Of a stretch of 64,000 bases of DNA, positions 1 through 10,259 are shown in pieces (the stretch's first letter is position 1; every line of letters starts with the position of its first letter). A program made the position numbers and the translations under genes. The stretch covers positions 3,584,001-3,648,000 of the forward strand of contig CBDFLE010000006.1 in NCBI GenBank assembly GCA_965248925.1. The letters are read 5' to 3'. Under the pieces are notes generated by a model. That model was given only the letters and a program-made list of their open reading frames with translations, made no database searches and was not told the origin of the DNA. Source of the DNA: Candidatus Multivoradales bacterium (lineage in GTDB: Bacteria; Acidobacteriota; Thermoanaerobaculia; Multivoradales; J023).

Positions 1-1605
1 ATAACTTTGCAGGCCCAGCTTGAGCAGAGTGCTGGGCAGGCCACGATTCGCTTGCTCGAAGCGCCTCCACCAGCGCTCTTCTTGGTCGAGTCGGTGACCC
101 CGAATTCCGGTTCCGAGAGCGGCCGCCGGGTTACCGTTCGCGGGCAAGGCTTCGCGGAGCCGGTGCGGGTGTTCTTCGGCGGCTTGCGGGCTGAGGTGAT
201 CGAGGTCGGACAGCGGACCATCGCGGTGCAGGTGCCGGCGATCGAAGAGCTGCCGGCCAACACCACGCGGACGGTTGATGTGGCGGTCACCATCAACGTC
301 AATGACCCGGTCACGCCCTCGCAGACCGACACCTTGACCCAAGGCTTTACCTACGCCGGTGAGACCGTCGATATTCCCGCCTTGACCTCGTTGACGCCGA
401 CCTCCGGTCCTAACGAGGGCGGCACCGTCGTGACCATTTTTGGTGAGGGATTCTCGCGTTCGATCCAGCTCTTCTTCGGCATTGCCTCGACCCGGATCGA
501 GGCCGAAGTGATCAATGTCTCATCGACCCAGATCAGGGCGCGGACGCCCTCCGCAACCGGCTTCAACGCGGCGAATGCGAATAGCCTGGTCGATGTCCAA
601 CTACGCAATTTAGATACCGGCTTACAAGCCACGCTGGCGCAGGCCTTCCAATACGGCACCACGGGGAATGTTGATCCATTGATTATCACCAGCGCTGCCC
701 CCACCGAAGGGCCTTATTTCGGCGGCTTCAATGTCACCGTCTTCGGCCGCGGCTTCGAGGAGCCGGTGGCGGTTGGGCTAGGTGGCTTTGCTGCCCAGAT
801 CATCTCCGTGACCGGCACCGAGATCATCGCCAGAGCGCCGCGAGTGCAGCTGGCGAGTTGTAACGACGAGACAGCGGCCATCGGGGTGACCAATATCGAA
901 ACGGGTGAGTCCGGTCTCGGACCAGATTTCACCTTCCGGGCATTGGCGCCAGCCATATTCAATGTCTCACCCACCATCTCCGGTGCGGGGGGTGGCGGGC
1001 CGGTGACCGTTACCGGGGCCAACATATTTGCTGGCGAGCCCTACCGTCTACTCTTCGGTGATACCGGCGACGAGGCTGCCGCGGGCAATATTTCGATAAG
1101 CGATGGGTTGATCACCGCTACCATTCCAGCATTTGCCGGAATGTTCGAAGAAGAGGCTTGCGATGCCAATAACGACGGTTTTGATGGCGACCGGTTCATC
1201 CCTGCCCGGGTGGATGTCACGTTGATCAACTTGGCCACCAGTTGCGACGACGTGTTCTCGAACTCCTTCACCTACACCCCAGGGGATACGAGCTGTCGCG
1301 GCGATACGGCGCCACCGCCGGCACCTGTAGCACCGACGGCGGTGTTCCTGATTGGCACCCAAAACGATGCTACCGGTGTGGTGACTTTCGTCAACCTGTC
1401 GACAGCTGGTGATCTGCCGGTGAGCTACAACTGGATCTTCCAGAACGGTAGCCCGGCATCTCACAATGCGAACGGTACGGCGGGCAGCGAGACTCCAAAT
1501 CCGCCGTCGGTGACCTTCCCCGGAACGGGCACCTACACGGTGACGTTGCAAGCCACGAACGCTGGCGGCAGCAGTACCGCGTCGGTTGATGTGGTGATCC
1601 CTTGA
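1..1605 (+). CDS. IPT/TIG-repeat surface protein with C-terminal PKD-like domain (5' end probably outside window)
   Basis: Four 'S(V/L/A)xP..G...G..VTxxGxxF'-type IPT/TIG repeats; C-terminal 'SYNWIF...GTYTVTLQATN' PKD-like motif; frame has no stop from base 1. Confidence 0.75.
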   Translation: MTLQAQLEQSAGQATIRLLEAPPPALFLVESVTPNSGSESGRRVTVRGQGFAEPVRVFFGGLRAEVIEVGQRTIAVQVPAIEELPANTTRTVDVAVTINVNDPVTPSQTDTLTQGFTYAGETVDIPALTSLTPTSGPNEGGTVVTIFGEGFSRSIQLFFGIASTRIEAEVINVSSTQIRARTPSATGFNAANANSLVDVQLRNLDTGLQATLAQAFQYGTTGNVDPLIITSAAPTEGPYFGGFNVTVFGRGFEEPVAVGLGGFAAQIISVTGTEIIARAPRVQLASCNDETAAIGVTNIETGESGLGPDFTFRALAPAIFNVSPTISGAGGGGPVTVTGANIFAGEPYRLLFGDTGDEAAAGNISISDGLITATIPAFAGMFEEEACDANNDGFDGDRFIPARVDVTLINLATSCDDVFSNSFTYTPGDTSCRGDTAPPPAPVAPTAVFLIGTQNDATGVVTFVNLSTAGDLPVSYNWIFQNGSPASHNANGTAGSETPNPPSVTFPGTGTYTVTLQATNAGGSSTASVDVVIP

Positions 1606-1806
1606 TCCTGAGTAGGTGATCGGGGCGGTCGATTCGGCGGCTGAGAAAGTGCAGGCCCGGCGATATGGATTGCCGGGCCTGTTGTAGTTGGAGCGGTACA
1701 GGGCAGTTTGCACTGCTGTCTCAGGCTGTAGTCTCACAGCGTTGTTCACCAGTGTTGCTCCGCTTCCTAGACGACTGGTCGACACGCTCCGTATACTGAC
1801 TTCGAG

Positions 1807-3105
1807 ATGAGTAAGAAAACGATCCACCTCGGCCTTCTCGCGCTGTTCGTCTTGACTGTGATCTGGGCCTGTGACAGCGCCAATCCTGTAGCTCCGAACG
1901 GCGCCACCCTCAGTGTTAGCGCCAATCCGACCCAGATCGGACTGTCCGGGAGTTCAGTGCTCACCGTCACCGGCTTCAAGCCGGACGGTAACCGCCTAAA
2001 TCCAGGCACCCAAATTCAGTTCTCGACCTCAATAGGCATCCTCTCTGCGGCGGTCGTCTCAGTAGACAACGAAGGCCGCGCGATCGCCGTGCTCAGCGGC
2101 ACTGGGCAGCAAGGAACAGCGACTGTCACGGTCACCACCAGCGGTAGTGACAGCGAGACCACGATCGATGTGCTGATCGGTGAGGACGACACCACCCGGC
2201 CGGTGCTGACCATTACCGCGAATCCGAGTGATCTGGGCTTCGAAGAGCTTTCGGATATCGTCGTTCAGGTAACCAATGCCGACGGCTCTTCTGGCGGATC
2301 CGGAAACGTGGTCAGCTTTCGTAGCACTCTCGGCACCATCGCGGCCATCAACGGTGGTCGCACCAATGGCAGCGGCCTCGCCCGTGCCACGCTCACAGCG
2401 GAGACCATTCCGGGTACGGCAACTGTCACTGCGACGATGCCGCCCGCGGTGGATGTCGAAACCGCGGTTACGATCGCCGATCGCATGGTCGATCTGACGG
2501 TGACCGCTAACCCCGATTCGGTGGTTGCAGGGGAGGGTGAGGACTCTCAGTCCATCATCACTATTCTGGCTCGAGATGGAAATGGCCAGCCGTTGCCTAA
2601 CCTCACCGCACAGGTCTTCACCAATCTGGGCGCAGTCGCCAGCCCGGTTGTCACTGGCGAGGACGGAATCGCTATCTCGGCCTTCACTGCTGGCAACATC
2701 TCCGGTAGCGCATCGATCGCAGTGATCGCTGGCTCTGGTGAATCAGCGCCGGTTACGATCGAGATTCGCGACGTCATCGGGCAGCTGTTCGTCACCGCCG
2801 ACGAGTCGCGAATCGACGTAGAAGACACCACGTTCACGGTTCGAGCGCAGGCCCTCGACACCGCTGGCCGGGCTCTGAACGGGGTCATCGTGACCTTCGA
2901 GACCGACCCGCGGATTGGCAACCTAACGCCCTTCTCCGACGTGACAGCGGGCGAGGGCATCGCCGAGTCGACCTTCACCGTTACCCAGGCGGAGGTGCAG
3001 AGCTTCGGGCCGGATGCCTTCGACATCATTGGAACGGCGACTTCGGAGGGTGCAACCCGCACCGGCCGAGTGAGGGTCGTCATTGTTCGTGGGGCCCAGC
3101 CGTAG
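1807..3105 (+). CDS. Lipoprotein with invasin/intimin-type Ig-like (Big_1) repeats
   Basis: Lipobox IWA-C after a hydrophobic signal; repeated 'T(V/I)TANP...F.(S/T).LG...G.A...L' units. Confidence 0.75.
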   Translation: MSKKTIHLGLLALFVLTVIWACDSANPVAPNGATLSVSANPTQIGLSGSSVLTVTGFKPDGNRLNPGTQIQFSTSIGILSAAVVSVDNEGRAIAVLSGTGQQGTATVTVTTSGSDSETTIDVLIGEDDTTRPVLTITANPSDLGFEELSDIVVQVTNADGSSGGSGNVVSFRSTLGTIAAINGGRTNGSGLARATLTAETIPGTATVTATMPPAVDVETAVTIADRMVDLTVTANPDSVVAGEGEDSQSIITILARDGNGQPLPNLTAQVFTNLGAVASPVVTGEDGIAISAFTAGNISGSASIAVIAGSGESAPVTIEIRDVIGQLFVTADESRIDVEDTTFTVRAQALDTAGRALNGVIVTFETDPRIGNLTPFSDVTAGEGIAESTFTVTQAEVQSFGPDAFDIIGTATSEGATRTGRVRVVIVRGAQP

Positions 3106-3132
3106 TCTGACCTCGGTCTAGCTGCTGGGCTG

Positions 3133-3160
3133 GAGAACGCCTCCTTCGGGGGGCGTTCTC
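3133..3160 (+). terminator. Stem-loop with TTCG loop downstream of the Ig lipoprotein gene
   Basis: gagaacgcctcc-TTCG-gggggcgttctc, 28 bp after the stop; weak U-tract. Confidence 0.55.
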
Positions 3161-3222
3161 TGCGTTCAGGCTAGTGCTATACTGCCCGCTCAAACCACTG
3201 AGGATTGTTGTCTTTAGAAGCA

Positions 3223-4488
3223 ATGGACGAGAGAATGTCTGATTCGGCCCAAAGCAATCAACGGCTAGCAGATCTGAAGCGCCGCTTCGAGGCCGATCCT
3301 GAGTCAAGGATCTACCTCCAACTGGCTGATGAGTACCGCCATTTGGGCCACCATCCCGAAGCGGTCGAGGTACTGCAATCTGGCCTACAGCATCGGCCAC
3401 GAGATCTCTCGGGCCTGATGGCCTTGGGGCGCTGCCAGCTAGAGATGGGTTCAGCCCGCGCCGCCGCCGAAGTGCTCGCAGGAGTGGTCGAGCGTGATCC
3501 CACCCACATCGTCGGTAACAAGTTGCTACTCGAAGCACACTTGCAGCGCGAAGACTTCGACAGGGCTAGCCAGCGAATTGAAATCTACCGCCTTCTCAAC
3601 GACCGCGATCCTGAGCTGGACCACCTGCAGTTTCGCCTCGACAGGCTTCGCGAAGATCCTTCGGAGGTGCCAACGGAAGTGATGGATCAGCACAGCATCT
3701 TCGACTTTCCCACCGCAAAGTCGGCGGCGCCGGCTGGAGAGCAAGTGTTTAACCTGGACGTCGCTGCACCGAAAGACATGGCTATAAGGGCAGATATTTT
3801 CGCCTTCATCTCTACTCCAGATTCCACGGCCCCGCTGTCGGTGGAATCTGGTGTCGCCGACCTTTTTGACTTTCTCGATCCCCGCCCCAAGGCTGCCGAG
3901 CTACCTTTGGCGACTTTGTTGCCAGCAGCCGCAAGTGTTGGCGAGACGCTGCCCGAGCCCGCTGACGAGCCGCCGCTGGCCCCGCAAGCACGGGTCGGCG
4001 AAGCTGTGGAATCCGCACCGCCGGTGGCTGAAGAGAGCGCCGCGGTTGTGCCGCAGGAGAGCGCCGTGGCGTTCGAAGCTGAGTCGGCAGTGGCAACAGC
4101 GCAGCCTGTGATCGAGCCCGAGACAGTTGCTGAAGCTCCAAAGTCGACGGTTACCTTGGCTGAACTCTATCTCGAGCAAGGGCATCTGGGTGACGCCGAG
4201 AAGATCCTGCGCGAGATCCTCGACCGCGAGCCTGAAAATGCGGCTGCGCAAGCCAGCTTGCGCCAGGTCGAAGCCAGTGCCGCTGGCGAATTGACCGCCA
4301 GTGAGTTTACTATCAGTGAGTTAGGCGCCAGTGAGTTAGGCGCCAGTGAGTTGGCCGCCAGTGAGTTAACCGCCAGTGAGTTGGCCGCCGAGGTCGAGGA
4401 GCCGTGGCCTCACGGTCTGACTGAACGCAAGATCACCCTCTTGAAACGCTACTTACTACGATTGCGTGGGGCACAGAATGTTCGGTGA
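3223..4488 (+). CDS. Tetratricopeptide repeat protein
   Basis: N-terminal TPRs (YLQLADEYR, ALGRCQLEMG) and C-terminal 'TVTLAELYLEQGHLGDAEKIL' TPR separated by an acidic Pro/Ala linker; start uncertain (3205/3223/3235). Confidence 0.75.
   Translation: MDERMSDSAQSNQRLADLKRRFEADPESRIYLQLADEYRHLGHHPEAVEVLQSGLQHRPRDLSGLMALGRCQLEMGSARAAAEVLAGVVERDPTHIVGNKLLLEAHLQREDFDRASQRIEIYRLLNDRDPELDHLQFRLDRLREDPSEVPTEVMDQHSIFDFPTAKSAAPAGEQVFNLDVAAPKDMAIRADIFAFISTPDSTAPLSVESGVADLFDFLDPRPKAAELPLATLLPAAASVGETLPEPADEPPLAPQARVGEAVESAPPVAEESAAVVPQESAVAFEAESAVATAQPVIEPETVAEAPKSTVTLAELYLEQGHLGDAEKILREILDREPENAAAQASLRQVEASAAGELTASEFTISELGASELGASELAASELTASELAAEVEEPWPHGLTERKITLLKRYLLRLRGAQNVR
4291..4390 (+). repeat. 15-bp intragenic tandem repeat (about 6.5 copies, ASEL(T/G/A) pentapeptide)
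   Basis: Repeated (gcc)agtgagtt core at 15-bp period. Confidence 0.85.
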
Positions 4489-4834
4489 ACGTTTGCAGCG
4501 GGTCGCTGATCGGATCGAGGGCACCTTGGCCCTGTCGCTGATCGCTGGCGACGGAATTCCGGTGGAATCGCAGGTAAATGATCGCGGCCTGGATCTTGAG
4601 GTGCTGGCCGCCGAGCTGATGGCTCAGGTCAAGGCTATTGGCAGTGATCAGCGTGAGCTCGGGGTGGGGGATGTGCGCCACTTCGCGGTCGCCACCGACA
4701 GCCGGCTGTTGATGATCACCTACGTTAGGGCGAACTACTACCTGATGCTGGTCGCTGATGCCGACACCCACTCGGGGCGAGCGCGCTTCGAGCTGCGTCG
4801 CGCCATTCTCTTGTTCGAAGACGATCTGATCTGA
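4478..4834 (+). CDS. Roadblock/LC7 (MglB-like) domain protein
   Basis: About 118 aa, '[12 protein letters not shown]...LAAE...GRARFELRR' roadblock pattern; overlaps the TPR gene stop. Confidence 0.75.
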   Translation: MFGERLQRVADRIEGTLALSLIAGDGIPVESQVNDRGLDLEVLAAELMAQVKAIGSDQRELGVGDVRHFAVATDSRLLMITYVRANYYLMLVADADTHSGRARFELRRAILLFEDDLI

Positions 4835-4880
4835 GTCATCCAACGGCTGCTGCCGCTGGTCGGCGAGGAAGGAACGAGTC

Positions 4881-5363
4881 GTGCTGAGTTTCGACGAAAT
4901 CAAAGAGCTTATCGAGCTGGTGGGCAAACATCAGATGTCAGGCCTAGAGCTAGAGCGCTCCGGCTTCAGGCTGCGTATCGAGGGGGCTTCGGTGCTCGCC
5001 GCATTGCCGACGTCGCCAGCTGTTCTCAGCTCGCCGCCAGCAGCCGCGATGCAGGCGTCGAATGTTGCCGAACCCGCCGAACTGCCGGCCGCCAGCGCTG
5101 CCAAGGGCGAATTGCCGGCCGGGGCTCACCAAGTGACTTCGCCAATCGTCGGCACCTTCTATCGTCAACCCAGTCCCGATCAGAAGCCCTTCGTCGAGAT
5201 CGGCTCACAGGTCAGCAAGGGACAGGTGCTGTGTATTGTCGAGGCGATGAAGTTGATGAACGAGATCGAATCGGACGTCGACGGCACGGTACTCGAGATC
5301 TACGTTCAAGATAGGCAGCCGGTCGAGTATGGCGAGCCCATCTTCGCCATCGCCGCTGACTGA
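4881..5363 (+). CDS. accB: Acetyl-CoA carboxylase biotin carboxyl carrier protein
   Basis: SPIVGTFY and EAMKLMNEI biotinylation motif. Confidence 0.97.
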   Translation: MLSFDEIKELIELVGKHQMSGLELERSGFRLRIEGASVLAALPTSPAVLSSPPAAAMQASNVAEPAELPAASAAKGELPAGAHQVTSPIVGTFYRQPSPDQKPFVEIGSQVSKGQVLCIVEAMKLMNEIESDVDGTVLEIYVQDRQPVEYGEPIFAIAAD

Positions 5364-5387
5364 GAACTAGCCTGAAGCGCTCGCCGG

Positions 5388-6752
5388 ATGTTCAAGAAAA
5401 TCCTGATCGCCAACCGCGGAGAGATCGCTCTGCGCATCATTCAGGCGTGTCGCGAACTCGATATTGCCACCGTGGCGGTGCATTCGACCGCTGATCGCGA
5501 CAGCCTGCACGTCACCTACGCCGATGAAGATATCTGCATCGGCCCACCGGCCTCAGTGGACAGCTATCTCGACATCAACAGCGTCATTGCCGCCGCCGAA
5601 ATTACCGGTGCCGAGGCGGTGCATCCGGGCTATGGCTTTTTGGCCGAGAACGCCCATTTTGCCGAGGTGCTGGCGGAGTGCAAGGTGGCGTGGATCGGCC
5701 CGCGCCCAGAGACCATTCGCATGATGGGCGACAAGGCCAACGCGCGCCGGGTGGCGCTCGAGGCCGGCGTACCGGTGCTGCCAGGCAGCTCTGAGCCGTT
5801 AGCCGACGCGGCCGCGGCGCGCAAGTTGGCGCTGGAAGTGGGCTTGCCGGTGATTCTCAAAGCCTCCGCCGGCGGTGGCGGCCGAGGGATGCGGATTGTC
5901 GAGCGTGAAGATCAGATCGACAGCCAGTTCAGTACCGCTAGCCGCGAGGCGCAGGCGGCGTTCGGCGATGGAACGATGTACCTTGAGAAGTACCTGGTAC
6001 AACCGCGGCACATTGAATTCCAGATCTTTGGTGATCACCACGGCACGGTCATCCATTTGGGTGAGCGTGAGTGCTCGATCCAGCGTCGGCACCAAAAACT
6101 GCTCGAAGAATCGCCTTCCACGGCCCTCGATCAGGAGTTGCGCGACCGCATGGGAGATGCAGCGGTGCGTCTGGCCGCGGCCGTGGGCTATGTGAACGCC
6201 GGCACCATTGAGTTCTTGCTCGACGAGGATGGCAGCTTCTACTTCATGGAGATGAATACTCGTGTCCAGGTAGAGCATCCGGTGACCGAGATGGTGATGG
6301 GCGTGGATCTGGTCAAGGAGCAGCTGCGGGTAGCTGCGGGCGAGAAATTGTCGATGGCGAGTGGCTTGCGGCCGCGCGGCCATGTCATCGAATGCCGCAT
6401 CAACGCTGAAGATCCGGAGAAATTCACCCCGTCTCCGGGTGAGCTGACCACTTTTCACCTGCCGGGCGGGCCAGGAGTGCGGGTCGATACCCACGCCTAT
6501 GAAGAGTACGTCATTCCTCCCTTCTACGACTCGATGATCGCCAAGTTGATCGTCCAAGGTCGGGACCGCGCGGAGGCGATCTCGCGCATGTCGCGGGCTC
6601 TCGACTTCTTTGTCGTCGAGGGCATCAAGACCACCATTCCGTTGCACCGGCAGATTCTCCAGGATGAGTTGTTCTGCCGTGGTGAGTTGTCGACCCGCTT
6701 CATGGAAAGTTTCCAGGAGCGCCGCGCAGCGGCCGTGAAAGCTGATTCTTGA
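5388..6752 (+). CDS. accC: Biotin carboxylase
   Basis: [42 protein letters not shown]. Confidence 0.98.
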   Translation: MFKKILIANRGEIALRIIQACRELDIATVAVHSTADRDSLHVTYADEDICIGPPASVDSYLDINSVIAAAEITGAEAVHPGYGFLAENAHFAEVLAECKVAWIGPRPETIRMMGDKANARRVALEAGVPVLPGSSEPLADAAAARKLALEVGLPVILKASAGGGGRGMRIVEREDQIDSQFSTASREAQAAFGDGTMYLEKYLVQPRHIEFQIFGDHHGTVIHLGERECSIQRRHQKLLEESPSTALDQELRDRMGDAAVRLAAAVGYVNAGTIEFLLDEDGSFYFMEMNTRVQVEHPVTEMVMGVDLVKEQLRVAAGEKLSMASGLRPRGHVIECRINAEDPEKFTPSPGELTTFHLPGGPGVRVDTHAYEEYVIPPFYDSMIAKLIVQGRDRAEAISRMSRALDFFVVEGIKTTIPLHRQILQDELFCRGELSTRFMESFQERRAAAVKADS

Positions 6753-7378
6753 TCGTGCCCGCGCTCTACGCTCTGGCCGACTGCGACGCTTTGGGAGCCG
6801 AACAGCTGCCGGCCGCGGTAGAGGCGATGGGCGAGGCCGGTGTGGGTTGGGTGCAGGTGCGTGCCAAGGGGTTGGCGGGAGGCCAATTGCAGCGCTTGGT
6901 GGCAGCATGTCAAGCGCGGCTCGCCGCGCACGAAACCTTGCTGTGGATTGACGACCGGGTCGACCTTGCTGCCTTGAGCGCGGTCGGTGGAGTACATCTC
7001 GGACAGCGGGACCTGCCGCCCGCGGCGGCCCGTCGGTTAGTCGGCGAGTCTTGCTTGATCGGTTTCTCGACTCACGACATGGCGCAGTTGGCGGCGGCGG
7101 ATCGCGACCCGGCGGTCGATGTGATCGCCCTGGGGCCGATCTTCGCGACCGTCAGCAAGACCGATGCGCAGCCGGTGGTTGGTCTCGACACCCTGCGCTG
7201 CGCTCGCCGGCTGACCCAGAAACCGCTGGTGGCGATCGGCGGTATCGACGCTGGCAACGTTGCCGCGGTTCTGGCCGCGGGGGCGGATACGGCGGCGGTG
7301 CTGAGCGCGGTGTGTCGGGGCGATGTGGCGAGCAATTGCGCGCGATTGTTGGCCGTCGCGAAGGGAGCAGCGAGATGA
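6749..7378 (+). CDS. thiE: Thiamine-phosphate synthase
   Basis: [33 protein letters not shown] motifs. Confidence 0.9.
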   Translation: MIVPALYALADCDALGAEQLPAAVEAMGEAGVGWVQVRAKGLAGGQLQRLVAACQARLAAHETLLWIDDRVDLAALSAVGGVHLGQRDLPPAAARRLVGESCLIGFSTHDMAQLAAADRDPAVDVIALGPIFATVSKTDAQPVVGLDTLRCARRLTQKPLVAIGGIDAGNVAAVLAAGADTAAVLSAVCRGDVASNCARLLAVAKGAAR

Positions 7379-8829
7379 CTCAGAGAGAGCAGTTCGGCAG
7401 TCGGTGGGGGCTGGTGTTGGCCACTCTCGGTATGGCGGTCGGTACTGGCAACATCTGGCGTTTTCCACGGGTGGCGGCGTCGAACGGCGGTGGCAGCTTC
7501 TTGGTTGCCTGGGTGGTTTTCCTCTTTCTGTGGTCAGTGCCGCTGATTATCCTTGAGTTCTCCTTTGGCAAACACTCTCGGCGTGGCACGGTGGGTGCGT
7601 TTGCGCGTCTCGGCGGCGGCGGCGTGGCCTGGATGGGGGGGTGGGTGGCGCTGTGCGCGACCGCCATAATGTTCTACTACTCGGTGGTCACCGGCTGGTG
7701 CTTTCGGTTCCTCGCGGCAGCGCTGAGCGGCCAGCTGAGCGACGGCGCGGCAGGGGGCCAGCTGTGGGCCTCCTTCGCCGGTACTCCCAAGGCGCTGGTC
7801 ACCCATCTGCTGGCGATGGCCCTTGGAGTGGCGGTGGTGTGGTTCGGCGTGCGCGGTATCGAGCGGGTCGCCAAAGTGCTGATTCCGACCCTCTTCGCGT
7901 TGGTCATCATTCTGGCCATTCGTGCCGTCACCTTGCCGGGCGCCGAAGCTGGTTTGGCATTCCTCTTCACCCCCCATTGGGGCGATTTGGCGAGTCCGGG
8001 TCTGTGGTTACAGGCGCTGACCCAAAATGCTTGGGATACGGGCGCTGGCTGGGGCTTGGTGTTGACCTACGCGGTCTACATGCGAGTGCGCGAAGATGTG
8101 CCGCTGAACGCTTTCATGATCGGTTTTGGCAACAACTCCATGTCGCTGCTGGCCGGCATCATGGTGCTCTGTACTGTGTTTGCGATCAATCCTGGCGCTC
8201 AAGCGGAGATTGTTGGCGCCGGCAACGAGGGCCTGACCTTCACTTGGATGCCGCAGCTCTTTGCCGCCATGCCCGGCGGTTCGGGGTTCATGGTTCTGTT
8301 CTTTCTCGCTTTGTCCTGCGCCGCTCTGACCAGCCTGATCTCAATGCTCGAACTCGCCACCCGGGTGCTGATGGATCGTGGACTGCCGCGCCGCCAGGCC
8401 CTGCCGTGGGTGGCTGGTGCTGGATTGGTTCTGGGAGCGCCCTCGGCCTTGTCGATGGAAGTGTTCGCCAATCAGGATTGGGTCTGGGGAGTTGGTTTGA
8501 TGCTCTCGGGCCTGTTCTTCGCCATCGCCGCGATCCGCTTCGGTGTCGACAAGCTTCGCCGCCAGGTGGTCAACGGAGAGGGCTGTGATCTGCCTATTGG
8601 CCGCTGGTGGGTCGTGGCGGTGGGGGTGCTGGTGCCGGTGCAAGCGGTGACCTTGATGGCTTGGTGGCTACACGATGCTTGGCAAGCCGATCCGGGCTGG
8701 CTGAAGCCTTTCGGCGCTTACAACGCCGGTACGGTGCTGTTTCAATGGGCGGTTGCGTTGGCGGCGTTGGGATTTCTCAACCGGTTCTTGGCGGCAGCTG
8801 GCAACGACAACAAGGAGACAGGGGTATGA
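7375..8829 (+). CDS. Sodium-dependent transporter (NSS/SNF family)
   Basis: REQFGSRWG..GMAVGTGNIWRFP signature, many TM segments; true start is ATG 7375 overlapping the thiE stop. Confidence 0.93.
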   Translation: MTQREQFGSRWGLVLATLGMAVGTGNIWRFPRVAASNGGGSFLVAWVVFLFLWSVPLIILEFSFGKHSRRGTVGAFARLGGGGVAWMGGWVALCATAIMFYYSVVTGWCFRFLAAALSGQLSDGAAGGQLWASFAGTPKALVTHLLAMALGVAVVWFGVRGIERVAKVLIPTLFALVIILAIRAVTLPGAEAGLAFLFTPHWGDLASPGLWLQALTQNAWDTGAGWGLVLTYAVYMRVREDVPLNAFMIGFGNNSMSLLAGIMVLCTVFAINPGAQAEIVGAGNEGLTFTWMPQLFAAMPGGSGFMVLFFLALSCAALTSLISMLELATRVLMDRGLPRRQALPWVAGAGLVLGAPSALSMEVFANQDWVWGVGLMLSGLFFAIAAIRFGVDKLRRQVVNGEGCDLPIGRWWVVAVGVLVPVQAVTLMAWWLHDAWQADPGWLKPFGAYNAGTVLFQWAVALAALGFLNRFLAAAGNDNKETGV

Positions 8830-8942
8830 CGCCACTGGCGATGTGGACGATGGCGATCATCTGCGGCTCAGTGTGGGGCGGATTTCTGTTCTTGGTGATC
8901 CGCGCCTATCGCCGCGAAAGCGCCAAGCGACGTGGCGAGTAG
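8826..8942 (+). CDS. MetS-like small subunit of NSS transporter (38 aa)
   Basis: MTPLAMWTMAIICGSVWGGFLFLVIRAYRRE: single TM with the WGG motif, ATGA overlap with the transporter stop. Confidence 0.7.
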   Translation: MTPLAMWTMAIICGSVWGGFLFLVIRAYRRESAKRRGE

Positions 8943-8956
8943 CCAGGGTGGGCTAG

Positions 8957-9484
8957 GTGGTAGCTGCGCGGCGGGTCTTCTTGGTCGGTTTCATGGCGGT
9001 GGGCAAAACCGTAGTAGGTAAGGCGCTGGCGGCCGAGCTGGGGTATCCTCTCGTCGACATCGACCGTGAGGTCGAGACCGCAGCCGGCTTGTCGGTGGCC
9101 GAGATCTTTGACCGTTGTGGCGAAGCTGCTTTTCGCGCTCTTGAGCACACCTGCATTCGTCACGCTGCTGCTGGACCGGCGGTGGTGGTGGCTACCGGCG
9201 GCGGGGCTTTCACTTGCGAACGCAATCGCGATTTGATCGGGGGCGGTGGGGTCAGTTTTTGGCTGGACCTCCCGTTCGAGGTGTTGCTGGAGCGTCGGGC
9301 GCATCCGGCGGAGGCGGAACGTCCCTTGTTTCGCGATGTCGAGGGTGCGGGTCGGCTTTACCTGGAGCGCAAGCCAGCCTATGAGCTGGCTGACCATAGG
9401 ATCAGCATCGGGGAGCACGAGACCATCCCAGAAGTAGCTGCTAGAATCCTGGCCAAACTGCGAGAGAGCCCTTGCGATATCTGA
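8957..9484 (+). CDS. aroK: Shikimate kinase
   Basis: LVGFMAVGKT P-loop, GEAAFRALE, ATGGG, RPL. Confidence 0.93.
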   Translation: MVAARRVFLVGFMAVGKTVVGKALAAELGYPLVDIDREVETAAGLSVAEIFDRCGEAAFRALEHTCIRHAAAGPAVVVATGGGAFTCERNRDLIGGGGVSFWLDLPFEVLLERRAHPAEAERPLFRDVEGAGRLYLERKPAYELADHRISIGEHETIPEVAARILAKLRESPCDI

Positions 9485-10215
9485 TTCTGTCCGACATGCA
9501 TGGCAACTGTGACGCTTTTGAAGCCGTGTTACAGCATGCCGACCCGTCTAGTTTCGACGCTATCTTGGTGCTCGGGGACCTGGTGGGTTACGGTGCTGGC
9601 CCCAACCAAGTGGTGAATATCGTGCGTGACCTCGAGGGCGACGTGACCGTCGTCCGAGGCAATCACGACAAGGTAGTGGCCGAACTCGAGGATGGCTCGA
9701 ATTTCAATCAGCCGGCGCTTGCCGCTGCGCGTTGGACCACCGACCGGCTGACCGCCAGCAATCTGCTCTATATTCGTGAGCTACCCAAGGGGCCGCTCGA
9801 GATCACCGACGACGTACACGTCTGTCATGGTTCGCCGCTCGATGAAGATGCCTACGTGTTCTCAATCTACGATGCCTACGAGATTTTCTCCAACTATTCG
9901 GCAGCGGTGACTTTCTTCGGCCATACCCACATTCCCTCCTTATTTGTGCTCCATGCCAAAGGCATCGAAGTGGCGGTGGTGCAGGGAGAGAATTCCAGTC
10001 TGGAGCTCGAAGAAGGCAAGCGCTACCTGCTCAATCCGGGATCGATCGGTCAACCCCGCGATCGGGATCCGCGAGCTGCCTACTTGATTTTCGATAGCGA
10101 GGCGCGGCGGGTCACTTGGCAGCGGGTCGACTATCCGATTGCGGCGGCCCAGGACCGCATTGTTGACGCCGGTTTGCCCAAGGTGCTGGCCGATCGGTTA
10201 GAGATGGGGATTTGA
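9472..10215 (+). CDS. Metallophosphoesterase
   Basis: SDMHGN, LGDLVGYG, RGNHD, GHTH, NPGSIGQPRD. Confidence 0.92.
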   Translation: MRYLILSDMHGNCDAFEAVLQHADPSSFDAILVLGDLVGYGAGPNQVVNIVRDLEGDVTVVRGNHDKVVAELEDGSNFNQPALAAARWTTDRLTASNLLYIRELPKGPLEITDDVHVCHGSPLDEDAYVFSIYDAYEIFSNYSAAVTFFGHTHIPSLFVLHAKGIEVAVVQGENSSLELEEGKRYLLNPGSIGQPRDRDPRAAYLIFDSEARRVTWQRVDYPIAAAQDRIVDAGLPKVLADRLEMGI

Positions 10216-10259
10216 TCGCCGCGGGAGGGTACCGGGCCTCTGCTCTAGCCGACATGTAG

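Noticed and set aside
7051-7374. N-terminal extension of the NSS transporter
   Set aside because: Overlaps thiE; the family start is at 7375.
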